64,000 nt of DNA from the human T2T-CHM13v2.0 reference genome, Homo sapiens: NCBI RefSeq assembly GCF_009914755.1, contig NC_060934.1, one strand, 5' to 3'. The notes under the pieces were generated by a model. That model was not told the origin of the DNA. It searched no databases and was given only the letters and a program-made list of their open reading frames with translations. Shown here piece by piece: positions 1-15,509 of the stretch (its first letter is position 1; the number at the start of each line of letters is the position of its first letter). The position numbers and the translations under genes are program-made.

Positions 1-245
1 TTTTCATCATTCCATTAAGAATTGGGGGTTTATATCCTTGACTAAAAATTGTATCAAATTTTGTACCACAGATTAAACATAGAGTAATTAACATGGTGTT
101 TAGTAATTGACATTGAGTTTAGATAGTAATTGACATTGAGTTTAGTAATTAACATTGAAATTTCAATATAATAAGCAGGGCATTCTTTTCAGTGCCTAAA
201 TACATGTGTATTTCATAACATATAAAAATGCTTCTATCTACTCAC

Positions 246-408
246 TGTCCATGATGGTGTATGTAGCATTAAATCCTTCCCTTTCTAATGTTAAGTCACT
301 GATGAATTGAACCATAAGGAAGTTACCAGAAGAGATAAAAGGAGCAGGTACAGTGGAACCACAAAACGTTCCAGCCAAGTTGGCACTTTCACTAACCCCA
401 TGGTATAA
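246..408 (-). pseudogene. CUBNP2: Cubilin (CUBN)-derived exon encoding the C-terminal half of a late CUB domain; part of a duplicated, unprocessed CUBN pseudogene
   Basis: Translation [54 protein letters not shown] closely matches cubilin as recalled ([35 protein letters not shown]...). Intact acceptor ttttcttttcAG (410-409) and donor GTGAGT (245-240). No upstream CUBN exons are visible in the remaining 63 kb. The pseudogene number is inferred from the OR13A1 neighbourhood. Confidence 0.8.
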
Positions 409-1126
409 CTGAAAAGAAAAACAATTCATTACTTCTCCATTATTTACAAAAAAGTTGCATCTTTCACACTAAATTGGATGTGAAGTCACAATAGGTCATG
501 ATTAAACATTTTTACATGGATGTTCTTAGAGGTGGTCTTAATTTAGGAACAGAATTATAATTGGATTGATGATATTATGACTTTCAGTAAAAACCTGGTA
601 TGATGCCTAACATTTTTTTCCTCTTTGGGAAAGTAACCTATGATTTTAAAAAGAATGTGTCATGAGAGTCTGCTCACCCACTGCTACCTTAACCACTGCA
701 CCCACTAACACTCTGGCCCTAGTTGCTCTGATCTCTTGCCTTGATGATCACTGGAGACTCCCACAAAGCCCCTGATTCTGCTCTTGTTCCTCTTAGTCTA
801 TTCTCAAAATGTCATCGAGAGGATACTGTTAAAATGTAAGTCAGACCAGGTCATCGCTCTGCTGAAACCCTCCTAACTGCCCATCCACTCAATAGAACAA
901 GCAAAGCCATCACAATGGCCTTCTCTCCTCCTCTCCCACCCCTGACCTTTCTGATCTCATTTCTTATTGTCTCCACTTTGTTCATTTTGCTTCTTGAGCC
1001 AAACCAGTCATGCTCCTGCTTCTTGGGTATGGCATTTGCTGTTCCCTTTGCCTGGAATGCTCTTCCCTGTATATCCACATCGTTTGTCTTCCTACATTTC
1101 TTCAGGTCTTTACTCAGACATCCCCA

Positions 1127-1291
1127 AATTGGCTGGCGTGATGGTACATGCCTGTAATCCCAGCTACTCAGGAGACTGAGGCAGGATAATCACTTGAATC
1201 TAGGAGGTGGAGGTTACAGCGAGCTGAGATCGTTTCACTGCACTCCAGCCTGAGTGATGGAGCAAGACTGTCTCCAAAAAAAAAAAAAAAA
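1127..1291 (+). mobile_element. Alu, right monomer only
   Basis: cctgtaatcccagctactcaggagactgaggcagga...cactccagcctg...tctc followed by an A-tail. Confidence 0.9.
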
Positions 1292-1409
1292 GATAGCCCC
1301 AACTCAATACGGCCTTCCTTGTGTAAACTCTCCCAACATTCCCATCTCCTTTCCTGCTTGACTTTTCTCCACAGCAAGTATTACCTTCTTCTACATACTA
1401 CATATTTAA

Positions 1410-1618
1410 CTTTTTTTTTTTTTGGAGACAAGGTCTCACTCTGTTGTCCAGGCTGGAGTGCAGTGCTACAATCATAGTTCACTGCAGCCTTGAACTTCTG
1501 GGCTCAAGTGATCCTCCCACCTCAGCCTCCTAAGTACTGGGACTACAGGTGCATGCCACTATGCATAGCTAATAAAAAAAATTTTAGAGATGTGGTCTTG
1601 TTATGTTGCCCAGGCTAA
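1410..1618 (-). mobile_element. AluJ, 5'-truncated
   Basis: T-tract then gagacaaggtctcactctgt...cactgcagccttgaacttctgggctcaagtgatcctcccacctcagcc, with J-type diagnostics. Confidence 0.85.
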
Positions 1619-2636
1619 CTTGTTTATTTCATTGTCTTTCCCGCTGAAGAGAATACAAGTTCCATGAATGCACAGATTTCTGTTCTGCTCACTGCCATGT
1701 TCCCAGTTTTTAGGTGTCTGCACATGAGAGGCACTCAATAAATATCTAATAAATAAATAAACAAGTGCTTTGATTCCTCTCTTCCACAAGCCCTCCCAAA
1801 ACTGTTCTCCCTGAGACTTCTTTACCTCAGTGTTTCAAGCCTACAACTTCAGTCATCTCTGATTCCTCTCTCTTCACTCCACATCCACTCCATTCTACCT
1901 TCAAAACATATCTCAGAGGGCTCCATCTCCAGGTGACCACCATTGTTCTTCACCTGTTCCCACTGAAACATCTTCTTAATAGAACTAATTCCGGAGCAGC
2001 CATAGTGTTCTCCACTGAATTGCCTGCATGTCTGCAAACTCCAATGAGATGCTGCTCCTGCTCTGACTAAAATGCTCTGGCAGATCCCTGTTGCACCTAA
2101 AGTAAAATTCCAGCTCCTTCTCACGGTCTGCAAGCCCCAGCTGCTCTGGCCTGTGCCTCCTTCCCAGGCCGCCCGCACCTCACTGCTGGTTGCACTTCCT
2201 TCATCCCAGGAGGACTCCTGCCCATGGCCCTGCTCCTGCAGCTCTTCCTGCCAGGAGACTTCTTTCCTCAGCTGAAGCTGAACCCGCACAGCTAAGGACT
2301 CCCTGTCATGGGCCCTCACCTCACATGTCACCTCCTCAGAGAAGCCCGTGCTATCGAATGTTGCCCTCCCCCAGCATCATCCTGTTTTATTTTCCTATTA
2401 TAATCAAAACCGATCTTATTTATTGTTTATTTGCTTTGTCCGGTCTCTTTCCCAACAAGGATGTAAGTCCCACGGGTGGGGAGACGGAGACTCTGTCTGA
2501 CTTCTTCACTGTGGTGTCGCCAGCACCCAGAACAATTCGCAGCCATGGCAGCCTTCTAGAAACATCCTTTGAAATAGTGGGTGCTTGGATTTCTCTCAAA
2601 CACATAACTAGAAAACATTTGTTTTCTTCTGAGTAA

Positions 2637-3095
<459 letters not shown>

Positions 3096-3277
3096 CTATT
3101 GTATTTCTAAATGAGTATCTGTGTGTATCTAACTCCAAATATTAAATTCATAGCAGAGCTATGATGTGCTCAAGGCCACAGAACAGCCATGACCATGACC
3201 ACTGACATTATCCTAAAGTGCTAGAATTATATAAGGCAGGAATGGCTAAAACCAGTAATTTCAAAAGAAAAAGAAAT

Positions 3278-3296
3278 GCACCACTAGATGGCACTG
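3278..3296 (+). promoter_or_regulatory. Candidate CTCF-binding motif
   Basis: CCACTAGATGGCAC matches the CTCF core CCASYAGRKGGCRS. Motif only, no binding data. Confidence 0.4.
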
Positions 3297-3485
3297 TCTT
3301 TCCAACTTAAATATGATTTCAGTTAATTCAGAATCCGAAGAAGCTCGAGTTTTCTAATCTTCACCCCCTTGTTTCACGGAACAGCACATTTGCCAAGTTT
3401 TAGATCATGCACTTTTTCTGGTAAGCAAGTTAAAATTTCAAGATAATCATTGCTGTCTTTATGATCACGTTTATATTAGCAAGCA

Positions 3486-3650
3486 TTTTTTTTTTTTTGA
3501 CATGGAGTCTCGCCCTGTTGCCCAAGCAACAGGCGTGATGCGATGGCGTGATCTTGCCTTAGCTCACTGCAACCTCCGCCTCCTGAGTTCAAATGATTCT
3601 CTAGCCTCAGCCTCCCAAGGGATTACAGGTGCCCGCCACCACACCAAGCA
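3486..3650 (-). mobile_element. AluS right monomer, broken at an L1 junction
   Basis: T-tract, gacatggagtctcgccctgttgccca...gattacaggtgcccgccaccacacc, then an abrupt switch to L1 5'UTR sequence. Confidence 0.85.
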
Positions 3651-3651
3651 G

Positions 3652-4090
3652 CTCCCCCAGGCTTGCTGCCACCTTGCAGTTTGATCTCAGACTGCTGTGC
3701 TAGCAATCAGCGAGACCCCGTGGGCATTGGACCCTCTGAGCCATGTGTGGGATATAATCTCCTGGTGCGCCATTTTTTAAGCCCATCGGAAAAGTGCAGT
3801 ATTAGGGTGGGAGTGACCCAATTTTCCAGGTGCCATCTGTCACCTCTTTCTTTGGCTAGGAAAGGGAACTCCCTGACCCCTTGCACTTCCTGAGTGAGGC
3901 AATGTCTTGCCTTTCTTCGGCTCGCACATGGTGCACTGCACCCACTGTCCTGCGCCCACTGTCTGGCACTCCCTAGTGAGATGAACCCGGTACCTCAGAT
4001 GGAAATGCAGAAATCACCCATCTTCTGCATTGCTCATGCTGGGAGCTGTAGACAGGAGCTGTTCCTGTTCAGCCATCTTGGCTGCAGCCC
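3652..4090 (-). mobile_element. L1PA (about PA3-5) 5'UTR fragment, first ~440 nt only
   Basis: Contains the YY1 site (gccatcttg, 4072-4080), ggagctgttcct and gaaatgcagaaatcaccc. The antisense frame LPPCSLISDCCASNQRD... is the ORF0 homologue. The rest of the L1 is absent. Confidence 0.9.
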
Positions 4091-4094
4091 ACTC

Positions 4095-4455
4095 TATGTC
4101 TTTTAATGGGAGAGTTTAGTCTATTTACTTTCAATGTAATTATAAGTAAGGACTTACTTCTGCAATTTTGTTATTTGTTTCTGGTTATTTTGTGGTCTTC
4201 TCTTTCTTCTTTCCTTCCTTCTTGTCTTGCTTTTAATGAAGATAATTTTCTCTGGTAGTAGATTTAACTTCTTGCCTTTCATTTTTTGTGTATCTGTTTT
4301 GTTTTTTATTTGAGTTTACCCTGAGGTTTGCAAATAATATAACCCATTATTTATGCTGATCACAACTTAACACTAATTACAGAAACAAACTAACAATGAA
4401 GCAAAAAGAGAACCAATACAAATGTTACACTTTATTTTGTGCCCCCAACTTTTTG
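4095..4455 (-). mobile_element. L1M1/L1MA-type fragment (ORF1-ORF2 junction region)
   Basis: ataagtaaggacttacttctgcaattttgttatttg...ttgcaaataatataacccattattt resembles recalled L1M1 sequence. Confidence 0.65.
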
Positions 4456-4459
4456 AGGT

Positions 4460-6105
<1,646 letters not shown>

Positions 6106-6861
6106 GAAAGAGTGGAGCAAGAAGGCCAAATAGAAGCCTACACCATTCATTCCTCCTGCAGGAACACCAAATTTTCACAGCTAACTACACACATAAAGCA
6201 CCATCACAAGAACCCCAGATCAGGTCAGCAATCACAATATCTGGCTTTAACTTCATATTGCTGAAAGAGACATTGAAGATGGTAGAAAAGACCATCTTGT
6301 ATTGCTGATGCCACCCTCTCCCCTATCCCCCAGCAGTAGCACACAGCACAGAGAATCTGTGTGCTTTGGAGAGGGAGAGCACAGCAGTTGTGAGGCTTTG
6401 CATTGAACTCAGTGCTACCTTGTCACAGTGGAAAGCAGAACCGGGCTGTACTGAGCTGACATCTACCCACGGAAGGAGAATTTTGACTGGTCCTGGCCAG
6501 AGGGGAATTTCCCACCTCAGGAGTTAGAGCTTGAGTTCCAACAAGCCTTGCTAAAGTACCCTGGGGCCCTAAGTGAACTTGAGGGGCTGTTTTGGCCATA
6601 AGGTTTGCAATTCCCAGGCACATCCCAGTGCTGAGGTGGGCTCAGAGCCAGTGGACTGGTGGAGCATGCAACTTACTAAACACAAGCTGGGGCAGCTAAG
6701 GGAATGCTTGAGCCATCCCTTCCCCAGCTCCCAGTAGAGCCATGCAATGTAGAGAAATCTGTTCACTTGGGAGGAGAGCACAGTGATTGGAGGAATGAAC
6801 TCAGTGCTGCTATGTCACACAGAGACCTGTCAGGGTTCATCACCTGCTGACTAAAGAGCCC
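6106..6861 (+). mobile_element. L1M1/L1MA-type 5'UTR fragment
   Basis: gagtggagcaagaaggccaaatagaagcc...ctggctttaacttcatattgctgaaagag resembles the recalled L1M1 5' end. Confidence 0.65.
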
Positions 6862-8480
<1,619 letters not shown>

Positions 8481-8598
8481 CTTTCAACCCCATCTTAGTA
8501 GCAAAATGCAATATGGAACTTTATAAACTTGGGGAATTATATGTACTCCATTTTTAAAGATTTTCATGGAGGACACTTTCAGACATTTTCATATGACA

Positions 8599-10522
8599 AT
8601 ATTTGGACACATAATGAAAGAGTAACTATGATGCTTGTATAATAAATTTCTATTTCCAACAGTGCCCAATTAGCAGCCACCAGGGATCCTAGAGGGACAT
8701 TGGTCTCTAGATGGCTTTGTTCTCCTAATAATGTCTGGTGTGTCTGGAGTCTGCCCGTTGGTCCTGGTGGATCCTGACTGGTATCAAGAGACAGTCCAAT
8801 GTTAAGCATATGGTAAGGGAAATTCATATCACTTTTATTTCTGCTTTCAATAGTGTGGTTATTCTTCCCAGTCTGGAGAGGTCAGGGAGTGGCAAACTCA
8901 GTGTGCTTGCATGCACTTTGGAGAGATATTATTTATGTATGAGACACCAGTTTAAGTGAGGATGTTGTTGTCTCCCACCCTGCCCTGGAGTATTTGCCCA
9001 GCAATTACTGTCTCCTGCTGGTGTTGGCAGACACAGGAGGAGGATGGTGGTCTGGGGGAACCTAGGGCCTACAAAGAGAGTGTGAAAGCTTTTTGGAATT
9101 CCAAGTGATCTCACTCCCAGGTTCCTGCAGGATGTTGGGAAAGTATGCTCTTTGCTTTCTTTCCCAGGATTTCATCAAGCAAGGTGGCCATGAAGCTATC
9201 ACTTTCACTTATCTCAGTTTAGGAAAGCTCTGAATTCATTGATGAATTATGCTTAGCAGGCATGATGCACATGTTGAACTTTTCTCCAGGACAAATTAGG
9301 GACATCTGAGATGGAAGTGTGTATTTTCTTACACATCCAATGGCCTGGAACAGCATCTTGGTTTTTTGGAAAGCAGGGGCTAGAGCTCTGGTTGCTGTAA
9401 ACTGCTTGGGGTGAGTACATGACCTTAGTGTGACTGGAAAATCTTTCCACTCATTTTCTGTGAACCCAAACAGACTCTGTTCCTCTTCAATCTGATCTCA
9501 CACACTAAAAAAGAGTAGGAGTATTGGGCTGGGCTAAATTAGACAGTGAGTTCAGAGATCTGAGATGAACATTAGTTGACCAGAGTGACAAAAGCTCACC
9601 TAAGAGAAGTTTATAAATTTAAAGGATGAAAAATAATATTTATTTTGCCTAGGTGGATAATAGCAAGGAGCATGAATCAGAAAATAATTGCTGCGTTGAA
9701 GTCATACAACCCTTCTTTATATATTGTGGTTGTCATTCCTTAAATATATTTGCACACATAATGAAAGGGTAGCTATGATACTTGTATAATAAATTTCTAT
9801 TTCCAACAGTGCCCAATTAGCAGCCACCAGGGATCCTAGAGGGACATTGGTCTCTAGATGGCTTTGTTCATCTCCTAATGATGTCTGGCGTGTCTGGAGT
9901 CTGCCCGTTGGTCCTGGTGGATCCTGACTGGTGTCAAGAGACAGTCCAATGTTAAACACATGAAAAATAATATTTATTCTACTTAGGTGGACAACAGCAA
10001 GGAGCAGGAATCAGAAAATAATTGCTGTGGTCAAGTCATACAACCCTTCTTTTTTTTTTTTTTTTTTTTTTGAGACGGAGTCTCACTCTGTTGCTCAGTT
10101 GCTCAGGCTGGAGTACAGTGGCACAGTCTCACCTCACTGCAACTTCCACCTCCTGGGTTCAAGTGATTCTCCTGCCTCAGCCTGCTGAGTAGCTGGGATT
10201 ACAGGCATGTGCCACCATGCCCAGCTAATTTTTGTGTTTCTAGTAGAGACGGGGTTTCACCATGTTGGTCAGGCTGGTCTTGAACTTCTGACCTCGTGAT
10301 CTGCCTGCTTGGCCTCCCAAAGTGCTGGGATTACAGGCATGAGCCACCGTGCCCAGCCATAACCCTTCTTTTTATATTTTGGTTGTCATTCCTTAAATAT
10401 ATTTGCACACATAATTAAAGTGTAACTATGATGCTTGTGTAATAAATTTGTATTTCCAACAGGCCCAATTAGCAGCCACCAGGGATCCTAGAGGGACATT
10501 GGTTTCTAGGTGGCTTTGTTCT
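8599..10522 (+). repeat. Local triplication of a unit not recognised as a TE: copy A 8599-8812, copy B 9627-9960, copy C 9961-10522 (split by an Alu)
   Basis: The core tatttccaacag(t)gcccaattagcagccaccagggatcctagagggacattgg occurs three times. B and C are tandem, and both begin tgaaaaataatatttatt. Confidence 0.95.
10050..10358 (-). mobile_element. AluS (Sg-like) with TSD
   Basis: Full dimer; TSD a(c/t)aacccttctt at 10040-10051 and 10359-10370. Confidence 0.92.
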
Positions 10523-11224
10523 AGATGAAAGTGTAACTAGTGAACTGGAAGGGTCAGAATATATTCCTCCCTGGACTGACCACTTAGCATGGCATGAAGG
10601 GAAAAACAAATTCAGCAAAGGTCAGAATGGCCCAGATGGAGTTTGTCTGTGACTCTTTTAGTCTAACTCACTTCGGAGGGCTGCAGTTGGGGCCACAGTA
10701 TTTTTCCTATATATGGTATTATGATTCCCCCAAGATGGAAACAAACCCTAAGACATGATGAAGAAATACTTTTTGTGGGATGACAGACTTAAATGACCTC
10801 AAGTTTTTTTTAAGTTACACATTTATTTTTGCAATATTCATCTTGTGACTGCATGTCATGAGTGGTATCTTCTCAGCAATGTGTTACATGATCAGATACG
10901 TAAGTAAAAGAAGGGATTTTTTTCCTGCTTGGCAATAAACTGTATAGGAAAATGACTAATACTTTTAAAATTACATTATCCTTTATGAAGACTAATAGCT
11001 ACATGCACAGTTATTTTGGGCTGCATGTAATATAAGTATATTCATAGATAAAAATCATAATGTTTACATAACAAAAATTACATAAAATATAATGTTTGAA
11101 AATAAACAAGTCCAATTGCCACACGGATACTGTTTTACATGTTTAATAAAATAAAGTTCTCCATTCTTTAATCATGACACTGTAAAATAGCTCACTGAAA
11201 ATTGATTGAAGAAATGGAAAACCA

Positions 11225-12163
11225 ATGATGGGAGAAGCAAGGAACAGGACAGTAGTCCAGGAATTTATCCTGGAGGGATTTCCTGCTGTCCAGCATCTGG
11301 GGAATGTCCTTTTCCTGGTGCACCTGCTGGCATACCTGGCCTCCATCATGGCAAACATGCTCATAATCACCATCACCTGGGCTGACCATCACCTCCAGAC
11401 ACCTATGTATTTCTTCCTCAGCAGTTTTTCCTTCTGTGAATGCTGTTTTATCACCACAGTTATTCCTAAACTTCTGGTCATCTTTCTTTCAGGCAGGCAA
11501 ATAATCCCCTTTACTACTTGTCTCATGCAGTCCTTTTCATTTTTATTTCTTGGGTCAACAGTTTTCTTCCTTATGGCTGTGATGTCCTTGGATTGATACC
11601 TGGCCATTTGCAAGCCTCTGCATTACTCCACCATCATGAGCCTGAGGACTAGCTTCCACCTGGTCACTGCCTGCTTTGTCGTGGGCTTCACTCTCATCAC
11701 TGGTCTCATGGTGAAGGTTTCCCAGTTATCTTTCTGTGGACCCCATGTCATCCCTCACTTCTTCTGTGACCTCGGCCCTCTGATCCAACTCTCCTGTTCT
11801 GACACCAGATCTACTGAAACGTTGGCCTTTGTCCTTGTTTCATTCGTTCTTTTTACATCCCTCATTATAACCATCATTGCATATGGCAACATAGTAGTCA
11901 CAATTGTACGACTCCCATCAGCCAAGGAGCGGCAGAAAGCTTTCTCCACCTGCTCCTCTCACCTCATTGTCCTCTCTCTGGTGTATGGCAGCTGTGTCTT
12001 CATATATGTGAAGCCGAAGCAAATGGACAGGCTGGACTCCAACAGAAAGGCTGCTCTTGTGAACACAGTGGTGACCCCACTGCTGAACCCGATCATTTAC
12101 ACTCTGCGGAACAAGCAGGTCCACCAGGCTCTGAGGGATGCTCAGTCCAGAATGAAATTGTAA
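11225..12163 (+). pseudogene. OR6D1P: Olfactory receptor family 6 pseudogene; 312-codon frame with one in-frame TGA (11594-11596)
   Basis: OR motifs LQTPMYFFL, MSLD*YLAICKPLHY, HFFCD, KAFSTCSSHL and PLLNPIIYTLRNK. ORFs 11225 and 11636 are in the same frame. The symbol is inferred from the family and the proximity to OR13A1. Confidence 0.88.
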
Positions 12164-12310
12164 AAACAGAATCACAACCTCCCAGTGAAGGAATGCACCT
12201 TCTCCTTGATCTAATCCAATCTTTCTCCTGTTTCTGGAATCCTTTATAAAAAATTTGCAAATATGTTTTTTTTAGGTTCTGTTTGTTTTTTCTTAGAATA
12301 AGGGCTAATT

Positions 12311-14031
12311 GTCCCTCTCCCTCTCCCTCTCCCTCTCTTTCCACGGTCTCCCTCTCCTTCTCTTTCCACGGTCTCCCTCTCCCTCTCTTTCCACGGTCTC
12401 CCTCTCATGCCGAGCGGAAGCTGGACTGTGCTGCTGCCGTCTCGGCTCACTGCAACCTCCCTGCCTGATTCTCCTGCCTCAGCCTGCCGAGTGCCTGCGA
12501 TTGCAGGCGCGCGCCGCCACGCCTGACAGGTTTTCGTATTTTTTTGGTGGAGACGGGGTTTCGCTGTGTTGGCCGGGCTGGTCTCCAGCTCCTAACCGCG
12601 AGTGATCCGCCAGCCTCGGCCTCCCGAGGTGCCGGGATTGCAGACGGAGTCTCATTAACTCAGGGCTCAATGGTGCCCAGGCTGGAGTGCAGTGGCGTGA
12701 TCTCGGCTACAACCTCCACCTCCCAGCCGCCTGCCTTGGCCCCCCAAAGTGCCGAGATTGCAGCCTCTGCCCGGCCGCTACCCCGTCTGGGATGTGAGGA
12801 GCCCCTCTGCCTGGCTGCCCAGTCTGGAAAGTGAGGAGTCTCTCTGCCCGGCCGCCATCCCACCTAGGAAGTGAGGAGCGCCTCTTCCCGGCCACCATCC
12901 CATCTAGGAAGTGAGGAGCGTCTCTGCCTGGCCGCCCATCGTCTGAGATGTGGGGAGCGCCTCTGCCCCGCCGCCCTGTCTGGGATGAGAGGAGCGCCTC
13001 GGCCCGGCCGAGACCCCGTCTGGGAGGTGAGGAGCGTCTCTGCCCAGCCGCCCAGTCTGAGAAGTGAGGAGACCCTCCGCCTGGCAACCGCCCCATCTGA
13101 GAAGTGAGGAGCCCCTCCGCCCGGCTGCCACCCTGTCCGGAAGGGAGGTGGGGGTCAGCCCCTGCCAGGCCAGCCGCCCCGTCCGGGAGGGAGGTGGGGG
13201 GTCAGCCCCCCACCCGGCCAGCCACCCTGTCCGGGAGGTGAGGGGCGCCTCTGCCCGGCCGCCCCTACTGGGAAGTGAGGAGCCCCTCTGCCCGGCCAGC
13301 CACCCTGTCCGGGAGGGAGGTGGGGGGGTCAGCCCCCCGCCCAGCCAGCCGCCCCATCCGTGAGGGAGGTCGGGGGGTCAGCCCCCCACCAGGCGAGACG
13401 CCCCGTCCGGGAGGGAGGTGGGGAGTCAGCCCCCTGCCCGGCCAGCCTCCCCGTCCGGGAGGTGAGGGGCACCTCTGCCCGGCCGCCCCTACTGGGAAGT
13501 GAGGAGCCCCTCTGCCCGGCCACCACCCCGTCTGGGAGGTGTACCCAACAGCTCATTGAGAACAGGCCATGATGACAATGGCGGTTTTGTGGAATAGAAA
13601 AGGGGGAAAGGTGGGGGAAAGATTGAGAAATCAGATGGTTGCTGTGTCTGTGTAGAAAGAAGTAGACATGGGAGACTTTTCATTTTGTTCTGTACTAAGA
13701 AAAATTCTTCTGCCTTGGGATCCTGTTGATCTATGACCTTATCCCCAACCCTGTGCTCTCTGAAACATGTGCTGTGTCCACTCAGGGTTAAATGGATTAA
13801 GGGCGGCGCAAGATGTGCTTTGTTAAACAGATGCTTGAAGGCAGCATGCTCGTTAACAGTCATCACCACTCCCTAATCTCAAGTACCCAGGGACACACAC
13901 ACTCTGCCTAGGAAAACCAGAGACCTTTGTTCACTTGTTTATCTGCTGACCTTCCCTCCACTATTGTCCTATGACCCTGCCAAATCCCCCTCTGCGAGAA
14001 ACACCCAAGAATGATCAATAAAAAAAAAAAA
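12311..14031 (+). mobile_element. Full-length SVA retrotransposon (SVA_D-like)
   Basis: (CCCTCT)n head, antisense Alu-like domain, GC-rich VNTR (about 12770-13540), SINE-R, then AATAAA and polyA. Perfect 16-bp TSD agaataagggctaatt at 12295-12310 and 14032-14047. Confidence 0.97.
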
Positions 14032-15022
14032 AGAATAAGGGCTAATTTATCTAATAATTCAACCTGAAAGCTCCTATATTACCTTTATTTTGAGATGAAA
14101 GTATCTTCCTGAATCTTTTTACTAGTTTTAAATAAATAGGATTCAACAAATTTTAGTGAAGAACCTCATATACATGAGTCTGTTTGATGCATGTGGAATT
14201 TCAAAGCTGAAATGATGTAGTTTTAAGTATCTACTTGTGGTAAGTGCAAAGGGATGAAGAACAAACTTCATAAGTATTAAGAGTATCAAGTTAGTTCAAG
14301 GGTAGATATAACATGGTAATTGTATAAAGTTTTGAAGGAAACATATATACACAGCTGTCAGGATATCAATATAATTACTTAAGATGACTCAGTGCAATTG
14401 CTTTCAATGTTGAATATTCTGTATATAAATCTTTACACTTTTTGTTCCCACTATGATAAAAACATATAACTGTCCCTAGATGAAGTTGCAAGTCATTGTT
14501 GGTTTCAATGGTTTGCAAGATTGATTTCAGTGCCGACAAACCTGAAAATGAAGCAGCACAGGGGGAGAAACATTACAATTTTTGGAACAAGGAATTAAAT
14601 AGTTAATATTTGTTTCCCTACTACAGAAAGTTTAAAGGAATTGGGAGAAATATAATCAGAGATGGGAAGAAGTCTGTGACTGTGAAATCTCTGCAAATGA
14701 ATGTATAAACAAGTCTCTTCATTTGTGGAATGAGAGGTTTGGTTGTGTCACCTCGGGATGTTCATTTTAGTACTAATGTGAAGTGGCGCTATTGATACTG
14801 AATGTGACACAGAAACATGCTGTAACAGAAATATAATTTGAGAATGGCAGAGAGAAGATGATGAGATGTTTTAATGGAAGCACTTATGCTACAACTGAAA
14901 TTTAGTTATTCAAGATTTTGATAGGAAATGAATTAGAGACAAAACCCTGGAGCTAGGATTTGTTTTGCGTACTTGGTTAATGGCAATGATCATGTTTTGT
15001 TTTGACCACATATTTCTGTGAT

Positions 15023-15509
15023 TGTGGTGGAACAGGAATCAAAAGAAATTAAAGAATGTGTAAGCAGAAACTCAGTTGTATGTAAGAAAGCCCAATTCCC
15101 CCTGAGAAAGAGAAAGAGCTGGAGTCCTTTAAAAATTAACTGCCTGTTTTACTGTGGCTAGTAAGCCTTATCTCTCCTCCTTTCCCAGGCATTGTGAAGA
15201 CCCTGTTTCTCTAGCTGTACAGCTGCAAGGTCACTAGACAGATAAGCCATAAAACATGTTTTTCCTTGGAAAGTAAGAAATGTTGTAATGCATGTCTCAA
15301 TTAATTAAATAACTCTCTTTGTTTCTTGCTTCCGTAATATATTTCCCCTGCACAGGTCTCCCCCCACCTCACGAAATGCTTAAAAGGTAACTTAACTGTT
15401 TGTTCAGGGCTCAGTCCCTTGGATGTTAATCTGACTGGGCCGGCGCACCTAAATAATAAATATCCTCCTCAATCCCATCGGTCTCTCTGATTCCTTATCA
15501 ATCCCACTA
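15023..15509 (+). mobile_element. Solo ERV1 LTR (LTR15-like, tentative)
   Basis: About 490 bp, starting TG..gaacaggaatcaaaagaaattaaagaatgtgtaagcagaaactcag, with TATA-like cttaaaagg and AATAAA at 15455-15460. Confidence 0.6.

Larger units (their letters stand above)
800..1765 (+). mobile_element. L2 LINE 3' remnants, interrupted by Alus
   Basis: L2-like 3' end 'tgcacatgagaggcactcaataaatatctaataaataaataa' at about 1720-1762 and L2-like body at 820-1120. Boundaries approximate. Confidence 0.55.

Noticed and set aside
1849-2636. 160-aa and 148-aa ORFs
   Set aside because: They lie in decayed L2-like sequence, with no motif or codon evidence.
8579-9959. Paired ~80-aa minus-strand ORFs as a small gene family
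   Set aside because: Their similarity simply reflects the DNA triplication, and the splice signals point to the plus strand.
12283-13869. Many overlapping ORFs on both strands
   Set aside because: By-product of the GC-rich SVA VNTR and Alu-like sequence.
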